This document shows positions 27,333 to 35,436 of a stretch of DNA of 35,436 nt, piece after piece. The stretch covers positions 1 through 35,436 of the IMG/VR virus record IMGVR_UViG_3300012172_000010. One strand, given 5' to 3'. The notes under the pieces are model-generated. The model saw nothing but the letters and a program-made list of their open reading frames with translations. It was not told where the DNA came from and searched no databases. This DNA is from a virus. Its lineage: Duplodnaviria; Caudoviricetes. How positions within the stretch are numbered: position 1 is the first letter of the stretch; each line of letters begins with the position of its first letter. The translations under genes and the position numbers were made by a program.

Positions 27333-28361
27333 ATGCCTATTGGAACACTTATTGGTGCCGCTGGTGGTGGATTAATTAATACCATTGGTGGTATTCTTGG
27401 TGGTATTCTTGGAAATCAAGATAGACAGAACGCTCTTGATGCATTAACTAAAGCCAATGAACTTATTCAAGCTTTAAATTTACCTGAAAGTCAAGCGCTT
27501 CCAATTATCATGGCTCAGTTTCAACAAGCTGGTATATATGATCCTAAAATACTTCAGCAGGTAGAACAGGCTGCTAGTTCTTTTTCAAATATAGCCCCCG
27601 ACACTGCTAACATAGAAGCACAACAACAAGCCCTACAAGCATTACAAGAACGCGGTACTGTTGGTTTAAATGCTGAAGATCGACTTGCGATGCAAAATAT
27701 TCGCAATCAGGTCGGCGCTGATGCTGAAGCTAGACGTAGATCAATATTGCAAAATATGCAAGCAATGGGTCAGGGTGGTGGAGGGGCCGCTTTAGCTGCT
27801 CAATTACAAGCAGCCCAGGCTTCTTCTAATACCGAATCTCAACAGGCTAACCAACAAGCAGCAATTGCCTCTCAACGGGCTTTACAAGCAATTCAATCTG
27901 CTGGTAATATGGCCGGTGATATTCGTAATCAAAATTTTAATGTTGCATCAAGTAGAGCGCAAGCAGAAGATCAAATGAATAGATTTAATGTTGGCAATCA
28001 AATGGCTGTTAATCAAGCAAATCAACAAGCTCAAAATGCGGCGCAATTATTTAATGTTCAAAATCAACAAAATATTTCTAATCAAAATGTTGGTCAAACC
28101 AATCAAGAATTATTGCGTCAACGTCAAGGTCAACAACAAGATTTTGCTAATCAATATAATTTAGCACAGGCTAAAGCTGGTGGTCTTAGTAATATTGCAA
28201 ATGCCTATCAAGATAAAGCAGCAAATACGGGCTCACAAATTGCTGGTGTTTCTGGTGGACTTGCTGGTGTTGCTGGTGGAATTGGTCAGTATTATAATAA
28301 TAAAGAAAATCAAGATTTCTTAAATAATTTCTTAAAGAAAATGAACCCCGGTCAAGTATAA
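27333..28361 (+). CDS. Putative ejection/DNA pilot protein
   Basis: Gly-zipper hydrophobic N- and C-terminal segments, Q/A/N-rich coiled-coil core. Confidence 0.65.
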   Translation: MPIGTLIGAAGGGLINTIGGILGGILGNQDRQNALDALTKANELIQALNLPESQALPIIMAQFQQAGIYDPKILQQVEQAASSFSNIAPDTANIEAQQQALQALQERGTVGLNAEDRLAMQNIRNQVGADAEARRRSILQNMQAMGQGGGGAALAAQLQAAQASSNTESQQANQQAAIASQRALQAIQSAGNMAGDIRNQNFNVASSRAQAEDQMNRFNVGNQMAVNQANQQAQNAAQLFNVQNQQNISNQNVGQTNQELLRQRQGQQQDFANQYNLAQAKAGGLSNIANAYQDKAANTGSQIAGVSGGLAGVAGGIGQYYNNKENQDFLNNFLKKMNPGQV

Positions 28362-29890
28362 TGGATGATAATATCTTAAATAAAAAATTTAATCAACCTG
28401 AATGGGAAGCTTTAAGAAATGCAATGCTTTCTCAAGAAGGCGGCGGTTTATCTGGCGGTAGAGACGAACAAGGGCTTTATAATATTGATCCTGTTAATAT
28501 GTCTTTTGAACAAATGGAACAAGCCAGAAATTTTCTTTTAAATAAAGACGCCACTAATAATCTTTTAGGACTAACCCGCCAAAGTGCTGGGGTAGATCCA
28601 GTAGAAGCACAACAATCAAGCGATTTTGCTGCTCAAATAGCACAAAATCGCCCACAAGTTGGTGGTAGTATGCTTGATGCTGTTAGACAGCAAAATGGAT
28701 TTCCGGCTAGCCTTCAAAATCGTAATGTTATTAACAGATTTCAAAAACCAACAAAAGAAGAAAAAAAGGCAATTAATAAAGCAGCTAAAACAAAAGATGA
28801 GGCAGTTCGTACTCCACAAGGTGAAGAAAACACTTTAGAAGCAATACAACCAGAACAACCCCAAGTTGATCCAAATGAAGCATTGAATGCTGCGATGGGC
28901 ACTGAAAATGAAAATCAACTTATTAATAATATTCTACGTGGAACAGAAAGAATTAATGCCGGTTTAAATCTTGTTAAACCTAATTTTTCTGGTATTGAAG
29001 CCTTAGAAAAAACCGCAGGTCAACCAGTTTCTAATTATCAAAAGTTACAAAAGAATGTTGAAGATGTTGCTAAATTAGATAAACTTAAGATGGAAATGGC
29101 AAATGAAAAATCGTTAAATGATCCTAATAGTATGATTAGTCAATTATCTAGAAATACTATGAATTCTCTTGGTATTCAAATACCAGAAGGGGTTTCTGCT
29201 GGTATTCTTAAGCAATCTGGAGTTAGTATCGGAAGTCTTTTAGGTATTAAAGAAAGTATTGAAGGACGTAAAGAAATTGCCAAGATTTATGGTGCTCAAA
29301 AGGCTGATGCTAAAAAAGAAACTGATGATCTTAAACGTGAAAAAATGGAAAGGCTTTCAGATAAGCAAGTTGAAAATGTCACCGGAATTAATAAGGCAAT
29401 TAGTCATATTGAAAGTATTATTGGGGATAAACCTAAGTTTGAAACCGGACCTAAAGCAGATTTAAGAAATAAAGCTGCTCATACTATCGGTAAAGATGAT
29501 CCTGAAATTAGTGCTTTTCGTTCTAGGGTTGGAGAACAATTAGCCACTTATATTAAATCAATATCTGGCGCTGCTGTTAGTGAACCAGAAGCTCAACGTT
29601 TGATTGCCAACATGCCAACTATGTATGATAGTGATGAAGTGTTTATGGCAAAAGCAAAAAGATTATTAGAAGATTTAAAAAAGGATAAAGAAATTTATCT
29701 TAAAGATTTACAAACACAAGGTAAAAAAACTGTAGGATTTCAAGGTGGATTAGATGAAAAAAGATCCCCGGCTGGAGAAAATGCTCATCCAAATGATAAT
29801 GATGCTATTGATTGGGCAAAAAAGAATATTCAAAATCCTCAATATGCACAAGATGCTTATGATATTTTAAAAGTTAATGGTATATTATAA
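28361..29890 (+). CDS. Putative internal virion/ejection protein
   Basis: Helical, ISGAAVSEPEAQRL...MP...DS motif; TAATG coupled on both sides. Confidence 0.55.
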   Translation: MDDNILNKKFNQPEWEALRNAMLSQEGGGLSGGRDEQGLYNIDPVNMSFEQMEQARNFLLNKDATNNLLGLTRQSAGVDPVEAQQSSDFAAQIAQNRPQVGGSMLDAVRQQNGFPASLQNRNVINRFQKPTKEEKKAINKAAKTKDEAVRTPQGEENTLEAIQPEQPQVDPNEALNAAMGTENENQLINNILRGTERINAGLNLVKPNFSGIEALEKTAGQPVSNYQKLQKNVEDVAKLDKLKMEMANEKSLNDPNSMISQLSRNTMNSLGIQIPEGVSAGILKQSGVSIGSLLGIKESIEGRKEIAKIYGAQKADAKKETDDLKREKMERLSDKQVENVTGINKAISHIESIIGDKPKFETGPKADLRNKAAHTIGKDDPEISAFRSRVGEQLATYIKSISGAAVSEPEAQRLIANMPTMYDSDEVFMAKAKRLLEDLKKDKEIYLKDLQTQGKKTVGFQGGLDEKRSPAGENAHPNDNDAIDWAKKNIQNPQYAQDAYDILKVNGIL

Positions 29891-31584
29891 TGGCATTTGA
29901 CCCTAAAAAATATTTAGCTGAAAAAACAGGAATTAAACCTAAAGAACAACAAATGGATGAATCTTTGGGTATTGGTGATATAGCTAGACCTTTAATACAA
30001 GGTGGAACTTTAGGATTTTCAGATGAAGCTGTTGGTGGAATGGGTACTATTAGAGATCTAGTTTCTGGTAATGCTGATTTAAATTGGGAAGCTATAAAAC
30101 AAGCTTATGAAGCTAATAGAGATCAAGAACGTCAACTAAATGAAGAAACTGAAAAAAGAAATCCAACTCTTTATAAAACTCTAGAAATTGCTGGTGGATT
30201 AGCTTCTCCCATTGGAACAATAGGAAGTGCTGCAAAAGGTGCTAGTTTAGCTGCTAAAGCTGGTAAATTGGCTTTAGGTGGTGGTTTAGTTGGTGGTGCT
30301 GCTGGTGCCGGTTTCTCTGAAGGTAAAAATATTGAAGAAGTTGGTGGTGATATTTTAGGTGGTGCCGCATTGGGAGCGTTGCCTGGTGTCGTTTTGGGTG
30401 GTGTTGCAGGTGCTGCAAAATTGGGAGAACATATTCCAATTTTAGGCATCGGCAAAACCGCTCAAGGGTTAGAACAGGGTCTAAAGGGAAATCTTCCTAG
30501 TAATCTTAAATTTACCGAAAAAGTGGAAGAACTTTTGGGTAAACTTGGTAGTAAGAAAAAAGAACTATCCCAATCCTATGAAGCCATTTTAAATAAAGCT
30601 GCTAGTGAAAATCGTAAAATTGATGCTAGTGATTTTATTGAATTCAGTAAAAAACTTGAAGATGAATTACGTTTTGCTAAAAGTCCAGAAGTTCGTGCTG
30701 ATATACAAAATGTATTAGATGATGTTCGTGCTTATACTACTAGGAAATTACCCGGTGGTGATGTTCTTGAAACTCCAATGTTAGATCCTAGGGAAGCTCA
30801 ACATCTTAAATCATCTTTAGGTGAAAAAGCTAGATTTTCCGTTACCCCAACTCTTAAAACTGGAGAAGGACGTGGAATGGCTGGTAGTCTTAAAGGTAAA
30901 CTGGCCGATGATTTAGGAGAAAATCTTCCTGGGTTTAAAGAAACAGACGCTCAATATGCTGATTTGGAGAATGTTTTACGTCAACTTGGTATCAAACCGG
31001 ATAAACTATATACTAAAAATTCACTCACTGGTAAATTAGAAATCAATCCTAAAACTTTAAACGTCGTTCAAACTCTTTTAAAACGTTCAGTTAATGAAAA
31101 GGCATCTGGAGATGTTGCCAAACGCGGTGTAGATCTATTGGGTCAAGGTATGGAAAAACTTGGTTTAGATAGTGAAATGACCACTTTATTAGATAAAGCT
31201 AAAAGCAGCAACGTGTTTGATAGACCTTTAAGTAAATTAGGTGCGTACCTTGGATATGGGGCACAAAAGACATTAACCGCACAACCAACTGTTAGATCAT
31301 TAGCAATGGCTCCTGAAACATTAGATGCATATGATCGAAAACCTCACAACAGCTATGAACTAAGCAGAAACACTAAGAACGCAACTAAAGAAGAAATTAA
31401 TCAATTGGCCGATACTGCTATGCAAATACCAGGATTAAGTCAAACTGGACAAAAATTAAAACAAGCTGTTAATGAAGGAAATATTAGAGCCACTAATCAA
31501 TTGATGTTTGATTTATTACAAAGACCTAAATTTAGAAGTAGTGTTGAAGGTGTGGTAAGTGATAAAGAAGAAACAGAAGAATAG
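29890..31584 (+). CDS. Putative ejection protein with membrane-inserting Gly-zipper region
   Basis: MAFDP.KYL start, QGGTLGFSDE motif, long G/A hydrophobic stretches. Confidence 0.6.
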   Translation: MAFDPKKYLAEKTGIKPKEQQMDESLGIGDIARPLIQGGTLGFSDEAVGGMGTIRDLVSGNADLNWEAIKQAYEANRDQERQLNEETEKRNPTLYKTLEIAGGLASPIGTIGSAAKGASLAAKAGKLALGGGLVGGAAGAGFSEGKNIEEVGGDILGGAALGALPGVVLGGVAGAAKLGEHIPILGIGKTAQGLEQGLKGNLPSNLKFTEKVEELLGKLGSKKKELSQSYEAILNKAASENRKIDASDFIEFSKKLEDELRFAKSPEVRADIQNVLDDVRAYTTRKLPGGDVLETPMLDPREAQHLKSSLGEKARFSVTPTLKTGEGRGMAGSLKGKLADDLGENLPGFKETDAQYADLENVLRQLGIKPDKLYTKNSLTGKLEINPKTLNVVQTLLKRSVNEKASGDVAKRGVDLLGQGMEKLGLDSEMTTLLDKAKSSNVFDRPLSKLGAYLGYGAQKTLTAQPTVRSLAMAPETLDAYDRKPHNSYELSRNTKNATKEEINQLADTAMQIPGLSQTGQKLKQAVNEGNIRATNQLMFDLLQRPKFRSSVEGVVSDKEETEE

Positions 31585-32010
31585 TTATTTCTTTTTATTA
31601 TAATCCCCAGATAAAATCGTCTCCCTATTTACCCCATTATATTTAATATCATATTCTAGTATCATTTTGTCTTGTGGATTTTCTGCACCATCGCTATGAG
31701 TTTTATCTTCATCTATATAATTTAAAGTTCCAGTTGCTTTTGCTTTAGTAAAACTATCACGATTTCTTGCATTATTCTTATCGTAAATAATCTTTCTATC
31801 TTTCTTAGAACGATGAAATTTCTTACCTTTATGATTTAAACTAGCATTAATCCATTCTTCATTAAAGTTATTAAGCCATTCTTTTTCTTTATCATTTAAT
31901 TTAGCAACATAATCAATATCATTAATTTCTTCTAATCTAGTTTTTAAATTTAAAGACGGTTTAAATGATGGATATTTTGTACTATCTCGTTGATTTTTTT
32001 TCTTTTTCAT
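31585..32010 (-). CDS. Basic hypothetical protein
   Basis: 141 aa Lys-rich, overlaps upstream ORF. Confidence 0.65.
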   Translation of the reverse strand: MKKKKNQRDSTKYPSFKPSLNLKTRLEEINDIDYVAKLNDKEKEWLNNFNEEWINASLNHKGKKFHRSKKDRKIIYDKNNARNRDSFTKAKATGTLNYIDEDKTHSDGAENPQDKMILEYDIKYNGVNRETILSGDYNKKK

Positions 32011-32623
32011 TTCTACTTAGTTCTCCTAATAATTTTTCTTGAGCTATTATATTTTTTATATTATTATTCATAAGATAAAAACGGTTATTTTTGGTTTGTA
32101 CTTTTTTAAAATTAATTCCTAACATATTTTTTAAATGTTGTTTACTTTTAGGTTTTTTATTTGTATAAAAACACCATTGATTATATAAAAATAATAAATC
32201 TTCTTCACTAATGGTAACATCACCAGCTTTTATTAAATAATAATCAAAAAATTTAATAAAATGATTTTCTATAATTTTATCTGAAACAATCTTATTATCT
32301 TTTTGTATATAGTTTAATAGATGTTCACTAATTCTAAATTCGTTTAAGTTTAAATAAATACGTTTCTTTTTAATTAGATTTAACTTAATTAACAAACTTC
32401 TAAATTCTTGTTCATTAATGGGCTCTTTTGACCAATATTTATAAAGTTTAAAGAATGAATCAAACTTTACATATTGTCTACCAGGCTTAATATTAAAATT
32501 ATTTAAAAAAAACGTAAGTTCGGTATTTGTCTTCACATCGTGATCTATAACTTGCTTTTCATTTAATAATGAAATAAGTTCTTCATAGCTACTATTTTTG
32601 TATTTTTGAGACAAGTAAACCAC
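31982..32623 (-). CDS. Hypothetical protein with two winged-helix-like repeats
   Basis: F...F.IKPG...V......LY.YW and F...Y.IKAG...I......LY.QW; start codon uncertain. Confidence 0.55.
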   Translation of the reverse strand: MVYLSQKYKNSSYEELISLLNEKQVIDHDVKTNTELTFFLNNFNIKPGRQYVKFDSFFKLYKYWSKEPINEQEFRSLLIKLNLIKKKRIYLNLNEFRISEHLLNYIQKDNKIVSDKIIENHFIKFFDYYLIKAGDVTISEEDLLFLYNQWCFYTNKKPKSKQHLKNMLGINFKKVQTKNNRFYLMNNNIKNIIAQEKLLGELSRNEKEKKSTR

Positions 32624-32963
32624 CTAAAGAAACAGCTAACACCCCTAATCCAATATATGCAATTTTTTCCCAAGTATGCATTTCTTGAGCGGACTGTAAG
32701 TTTTTACTTAATAGATCATTTTGTTGAGTTAATATTGTAATTTTTTCAGCATCTATATCGCTATTCTTTTGATAAAGAACATTTAACTTATTTAAAAATT
32801 CGATTTCGATTAGATGGTTCTTAACTTTATTAGCTTCTTCATTATCAAGAAGAACCCCATCAAAAGGGGCTTTACTATCTTTAGTTAAAGAAATAGTCTT
32901 TCCTAAAGAATTATTTGGGATTACCATTAAAATAATCATTAAGCCATTTAGCCAACTCTTCAT
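32592..32963 (-). CDS. Exported coiled-coil protein with C-terminal TM (spanin-like)
   Basis: MKSWLNGLMIILMVIP signal-like N-terminus, APFDGVLL, coiled coil, TM IAYIGLGVLAVSLGGLLV; start reassigned to 32963. Confidence 0.5.
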   Translation of the reverse strand: MKSWLNGLMIILMVIPNNSLGKTISLTKDSKAPFDGVLLDNEEANKVKNHLIEIEFLNKLNVLYQKNSDIDAEKITILTQQNDLLSKNLQSAQEMHTWEKIAYIGLGVLAVSLGGLLVSKIQK

Positions 32964-33177
32964 TACTAATCGTCCCTTCCTTAGTTTTACTATGCAATTC
33001 TTGAATTTGTTTCTTAATATTTTCCATTTCAACATTATTTTTTAATTGTTCTTCTGTTTTTTCTAAAAGTTTTTCTTTAGTCGCTAGATTTTTTAATAAA
33101 GCCATCGCATTTGAATACTTATTTTTAAAAAAGATTAATATCGCACCAACAACAATTCCAATTATATAAGGTAACAT
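32911..33177 (-). CDS. Membrane-anchored coiled-coil protein (i-spanin-like)
   Basis: N-terminal TM then coiled coil; overlaps downstream partner by 53 nt. Confidence 0.5.
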   Translation of the reverse strand: MLPYIIGIVVGAILIFFKNKYSNAMALLKNLATKEKLLEKTEEQLKNNVEMENIKKQIQELHSKTKEGTISNEELAKWLNDYFNGNPK

Positions 33178-33178
33178 T

Positions 33179-33301
33179 TTACACCACGTAATAAGATTTT
33201 AAATAATAATCATCTACAGAAAATAATACAAGATTGATATACTTTAAATAAACTTCACTAGTACTTTGATTTACAATATAACTATTTTTTTCTTTTTCCA
33301 T
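33179..33301 (-). CDS. Microprotein, 40 aa (MEKEKNSYIVNQSTSEVYLKYINLVLFSVDDYYLKSYYVV)
   Basis: Manually translated; overlaps upstream ORF, stops just before next ATG. Confidence 0.5.
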   Translation of the reverse strand: MEKEKNSYIVNQSTSEVYLKYINLVLFSVDDYYLKSYYVV

Positions 33302-33455
33302 AATAATCGTTAAGATTAAAAAACTCTTTTACAAATAACTCCCAATTTATTGATATATGAAAATTTATTATATGAATGTCTTTATAATAAACATGCTTAC
33401 CGTTAATACCCCATTTTTTAGAAGGTTTTCTTTTTTTCTTTTTTGGCTTTAACAT
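33282..33455 (-). CDS. Microprotein, 57 aa (MLKPKKKKRKPSKKWGINGKHVYYKDIHIINFHISINWELFVKEFFNLNDYYGKRKK)
   Basis: Manually translated; KW..HVxY..IHIINF shared with 3704 ORF. Confidence 0.55.
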   Translation of the reverse strand: MLKPKKKKRKPSKKWGINGKHVYYKDIHIINFHISINWELFVKEFFNLNDYYGKRKK

Positions 33456-33630
33456 GAGGAATTATTGGTTGTGTATAAAATACGCTCATTAAATCTTTTG
33501 AATATAGTTTTTTAAACATTGCATTTAATTTTTTAATTGTTAATACCGGATTATCAAAGGAAACAATATTAGTTTCTTTTAATATAATATTTTTTTCAAT
33601 TACCTTAAAGTTTGAGTTTCTTTTTCGCAT
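33418..33630 (-). CDS. Hypothetical protein
   Basis: 70 aa, overlaps both neighbours in operon fashion. Confidence 0.5.
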   Translation of the reverse strand: MRKRNSNFKVIEKNIILKETNIVSFDNPVLTIKKLNAMFKKLYSKDLMSVFYTQPIIPHVKAKKEKKKTF

Positions 33631-33952
33631 CTCTATGAAACTTTCTAAGTCCTGCTTCTATTTTACTTTTCATCTTGTGATGAGGCTTACATAATACTTG
33701 AAACTTCGTATGATCCTCAACAAACAATCTATCTATAAAATCATCAAAATTTGTCCAACCGTGAAATGGTACAACTGGTTCAATGTGATCAAGTTGGATT
33801 TCTCGTCTACCGAATATTTGCTTACATTCAGCACATCTATATTGGTTTCTACCAATCTTAGCGGCTCTCAAAGCATCGGTTCTAGAACGAAGTCTATATG
33901 AAGCGCGGCGAAGTGTTGCTATTGCAAAGGCTTTTTTATTAAAGTTTCCCAC
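33605..33952 (-). CDS. HNH endonuclease
   Basis: CAEC...QLDHIEPVV...QVLCKPHH.MKS zinc/HNH pattern. Confidence 0.85.
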   Translation of the reverse strand: MGNFNKKAFAIATLRRASYRLRSRTDALRAAKIGRNQYRCAECKQIFGRREIQLDHIEPVVPFHGWTNFDDFIDRLFVEDHTKFQVLCKPHHKMKSKIEAGLRKFHRDAKKKLKL

Positions 33953-34199
33953 TGGTATCTATCTGTTTCCAATCACAGACAGAACAACTAGAAAACACTC
34001 TATTTAATATGATAGTGTGCTTTATATGACCCTTAGTACAGCTAGGACACATTTCCCTATCATCTTGGTCTAACTCTTCAATTAAGTGCTTCCTATAGCC
34101 CTTGGAAGCCTTTTTAAGCTTCTTTTGAAGAGATCTAATGATAGCTTTAAGCTCTCTAATCTTATTCTCTAATTGATCTATGTCTGTATGTTTAGACAA
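33939..34199 (-). CDS. Coiled-coil protein with C-terminal zinc ribbon
   Basis: Heptad N-terminus; CPSC...CSVC. Confidence 0.65.
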   Translation of the reverse strand: MSKHTDIDQLENKIRELKAIIRSLQKKLKKASKGYRKHLIEELDQDDREMCPSCTKGHIKHTIILNRVFSSCSVCDWKQIDTSGKL

Positions 34200-34209
34200 T
34201 CTATATATA

Positions 34210-34220
34210 AGTTGTTAAAA
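34210..34220 (-). promoter_or_regulatory. TTTTAACAACT motif (putative late promoter, minus strand)
   Basis: AGTTGTTAAAA on +; oriented with the minus-strand genes. Confidence 0.6.
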
Positions 34221-34229
34221 AATGTGTTA

Positions 34230-34379
34230 CTATAAATAAATAATTTTTACATAACCAGGAGTTGGATTACCTTTATAAGCTATAAATATTAAAATATTAA
34301 TACCAAAAGATTTAGAACTTATATATTCAATAATTAAACAGTTATGTGACACATCAATAGCAAATTGTGTGTTGCGCAT
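34230..34379 (-). CDS. Microprotein, 49 aa (MRNTQFAIDVSHNCLIIEYISSKSFGINILIFIAYKGNPTPGYVKIIYL)
   Basis: Manually translated, overlap-coupled. Confidence 0.45.
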   Translation of the reverse strand: MRNTQFAIDVSHNCLIIEYISSKSFGINILIFIAYKGNPTPGYVKIIYL

Positions 34380-34491
34380 TTTTTAAAAATCCATAATCAC
34401 ACAGATCAAATTCTAATAAACCAATTAAACCAAGCAATCCCATATAATCTGCATAATTTAAATCTTTATATATAACAAATTTATATTTCAT
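34354..34491 (-). CDS. Microprotein, 45 aa (MKYKFVIYKDLNYADYMGLLGLIGLLEFDLCDYGFLKNAQHTICY)
   Basis: Manually translated, overlap-coupled. Confidence 0.45.
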   Translation of the reverse strand: MKYKFVIYKDLNYADYMGLLGLIGLLEFDLCDYGFLKNAQHTICY

Positions 34492-34648
34492 AATAATCTA
34501 CTACTTTTAATAAAATATAATCAGTTTTACTAAAGTTACCAGTACATTTTATAAAATCTAATAAAAATATTCCAAATTTATGATCTTTACTATCCAGATT
34601 TACATCTTGAGGACGGTTCTTTGGAACAATAAAAATTATATTTTCCAT
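34481..34648 (-). CDS. Microprotein, 55 aa (MENIIFIVPKNRPQDVNLDSKDHKFGIFLLDFIKCTGNFSKTDYILLKVVDYYEI)
   Basis: TAATG-coupled to dUTPase stop. Confidence 0.55.
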   Translation of the reverse strand: MENIIFIVPKNRPQDVNLDSKDHKFGIFLLDFIKCTGNFSKTDYILLKVVDYYEI

Positions 34649-35100
34649 TATCGGCCTGATGAACCAAACCCTTTATCACCACGTTCACTATCCCAAAGTG
34701 AAATAACTTGACAAGGTTGATAGTTTTCTACTTTATAAATAAGAAGTTGAGCTATGCGATCCCCCGCTTTAATTTGATATCCAGGTTGTAGTTTATCATA
34801 AACCCAACCATCATGTTGATTGAAGGTAAGATTATTTAATATAACACTTAATCTACCAGTATACCCAGCATCAACAACTCCACCAGAAACTTTTAATCCT
34901 TTAGCACCCAAAGAACTTCTATCTTCAATCTTACCAACACAACTAGGCGGAATTTCAATTGCAAGTCCTAAATCAATTTTAACAGTAGTTCCTAATGGAA
35001 TAAAAACATCTTCCATTGCGAAAAGATCTAACCCCGCATCTCCAGGTGTATTACGAGTTGGAATTTTAGCACGTTCATCATATTTATAAACACCGATCAT
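34648..35100 (-). CDS. dut: dUTPase (trimeric)
   Basis: All five motifs: AGLDL, RSSLG, GVVDAGYTG, GDRIAQL, RGDKGFGSSG. Confidence 0.95.
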   Translation of the reverse strand: MIGVYKYDERAKIPTRNTPGDAGLDLFAMEDVFIPLGTTVKIDLGLAIEIPPSCVGKIEDRSSLGAKGLKVSGGVVDAGYTGRLSVILNNLTFNQHDGWVYDKLQPGYQIKAGDRIAQLLIYKVENYQPCQVISLWDSERGDKGFGSSGR

Positions 35101-35436
35101 TTAACTTTCCTTTTTATATTTATCTTTAATATAAGCAGATAGAATAATACTATAGTTTGCTAAATCAAGTAAAGTATCTTCTACACTCTCATCTTTAACT
35201 TGTAGTTCGCCATTCTTAATAAAACTACTAATACGTGCTAGTTTATCAAGCATTCGGGTTACAATACCAACTTCAGCAGAACAAAGTCCCAATGATTCAA
35301 TTTGACGAAAATTATGAAAAGGATCTATTTCTTTACTACTTGAAGCAGAACAATAATCGTTATTCTTTCGTTTCATAGTATCATTCATATCTTGACACTT
35401 TTGTTTGTGATAAGCTAAAAGTTCTTCTCTAGTCAT
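35101..35436 (-). CDS. DUF1599 / nucleotide modification-associated domain 1 (Nmad1)-like protein
   Basis: KNNDY, F.NF, GI.TRM.DK..R, DESVEDTLLDLANY. Confidence 0.75.
   Translation of the reverse strand: MTREELLAYHKQKCQDMNDTMKRKNNDYCSASSSKEIDPFHNFRQIESLGLCSAEVGIVTRMLDKLARISSFIKNGELQVKDESVEDTLLDLANYSIILSAYIKDKYKKES

Noticed and set aside
4372-30455. Antisense and alternate-frame ORFs in the track (e.g. 4372, 8395, 9745, 14703, 20671, 30171)
   Set aside because: Shadows of long genes with biased codons; no SD or motifs
32964-33035. Upstream extension of 147-aa minus ORF containing a Cys
   Set aside because: No lipobox or hydrophobic core before the Cys; ATG 32963 gives a signal-like N-terminus
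33605-33952. HNH as mobile intron-encoded homing endonuclease
   Set aside because: Short free-standing gene overlapping neighbours with no interrupted host gene; resembles ordinary small phage HNH proteins
1-35436. CRISPR array, tRNA/rRNA, integrase or transposase
   Set aside because: No regularly spaced repeats, cloverleafs or recombinase motifs seen by eye
1-35436. Stop-codon reassignment explaining the micro-ORFs
   Set aside because: Long genes are intact in code 11; micro-ORFs change frame and mostly end in TAA

Overview
AT-rich segment of a tailed dsDNA phage (Caudoviricetes) with a podovirus-like gene order and no tape measure, sheath or tube gene. The + strand (1-31584) is the whole morphogenesis region: terminase C-terminus, portal, holin, lytic transglycosylase, scaffold, two paralogous capsid-adjacent proteins, major capsid, about ten fibre/adhesin genes, a GNAT fusion, head-tail adaptor, a 1838-aa nozzle-like protein and four ejection-type proteins. 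The - strand (31585-35436) carries a spanin-like pair, an HNH nuclease, dUTPase, a DUF1599/Nmad1-like protein and small ORFs. The best candidate for a novel system is a DUF3494 ice-binding-type domain inserted, between Gly linkers, into a duplicated capsid-adjacent (putative decoration) protein, which looks like natural display of an ice/surface adhesin on the head. Other highlights: a dispersed family of 35-57 aa microproteins missed by the ORF track, a recurring TTAACAACT putative late-promoter motif, a GNAT fused to an ejection-protein-like tail, and twin RNA hairpins in the scaffold leader. All assignments come from motif recognition and synteny by eye; no searches were run.
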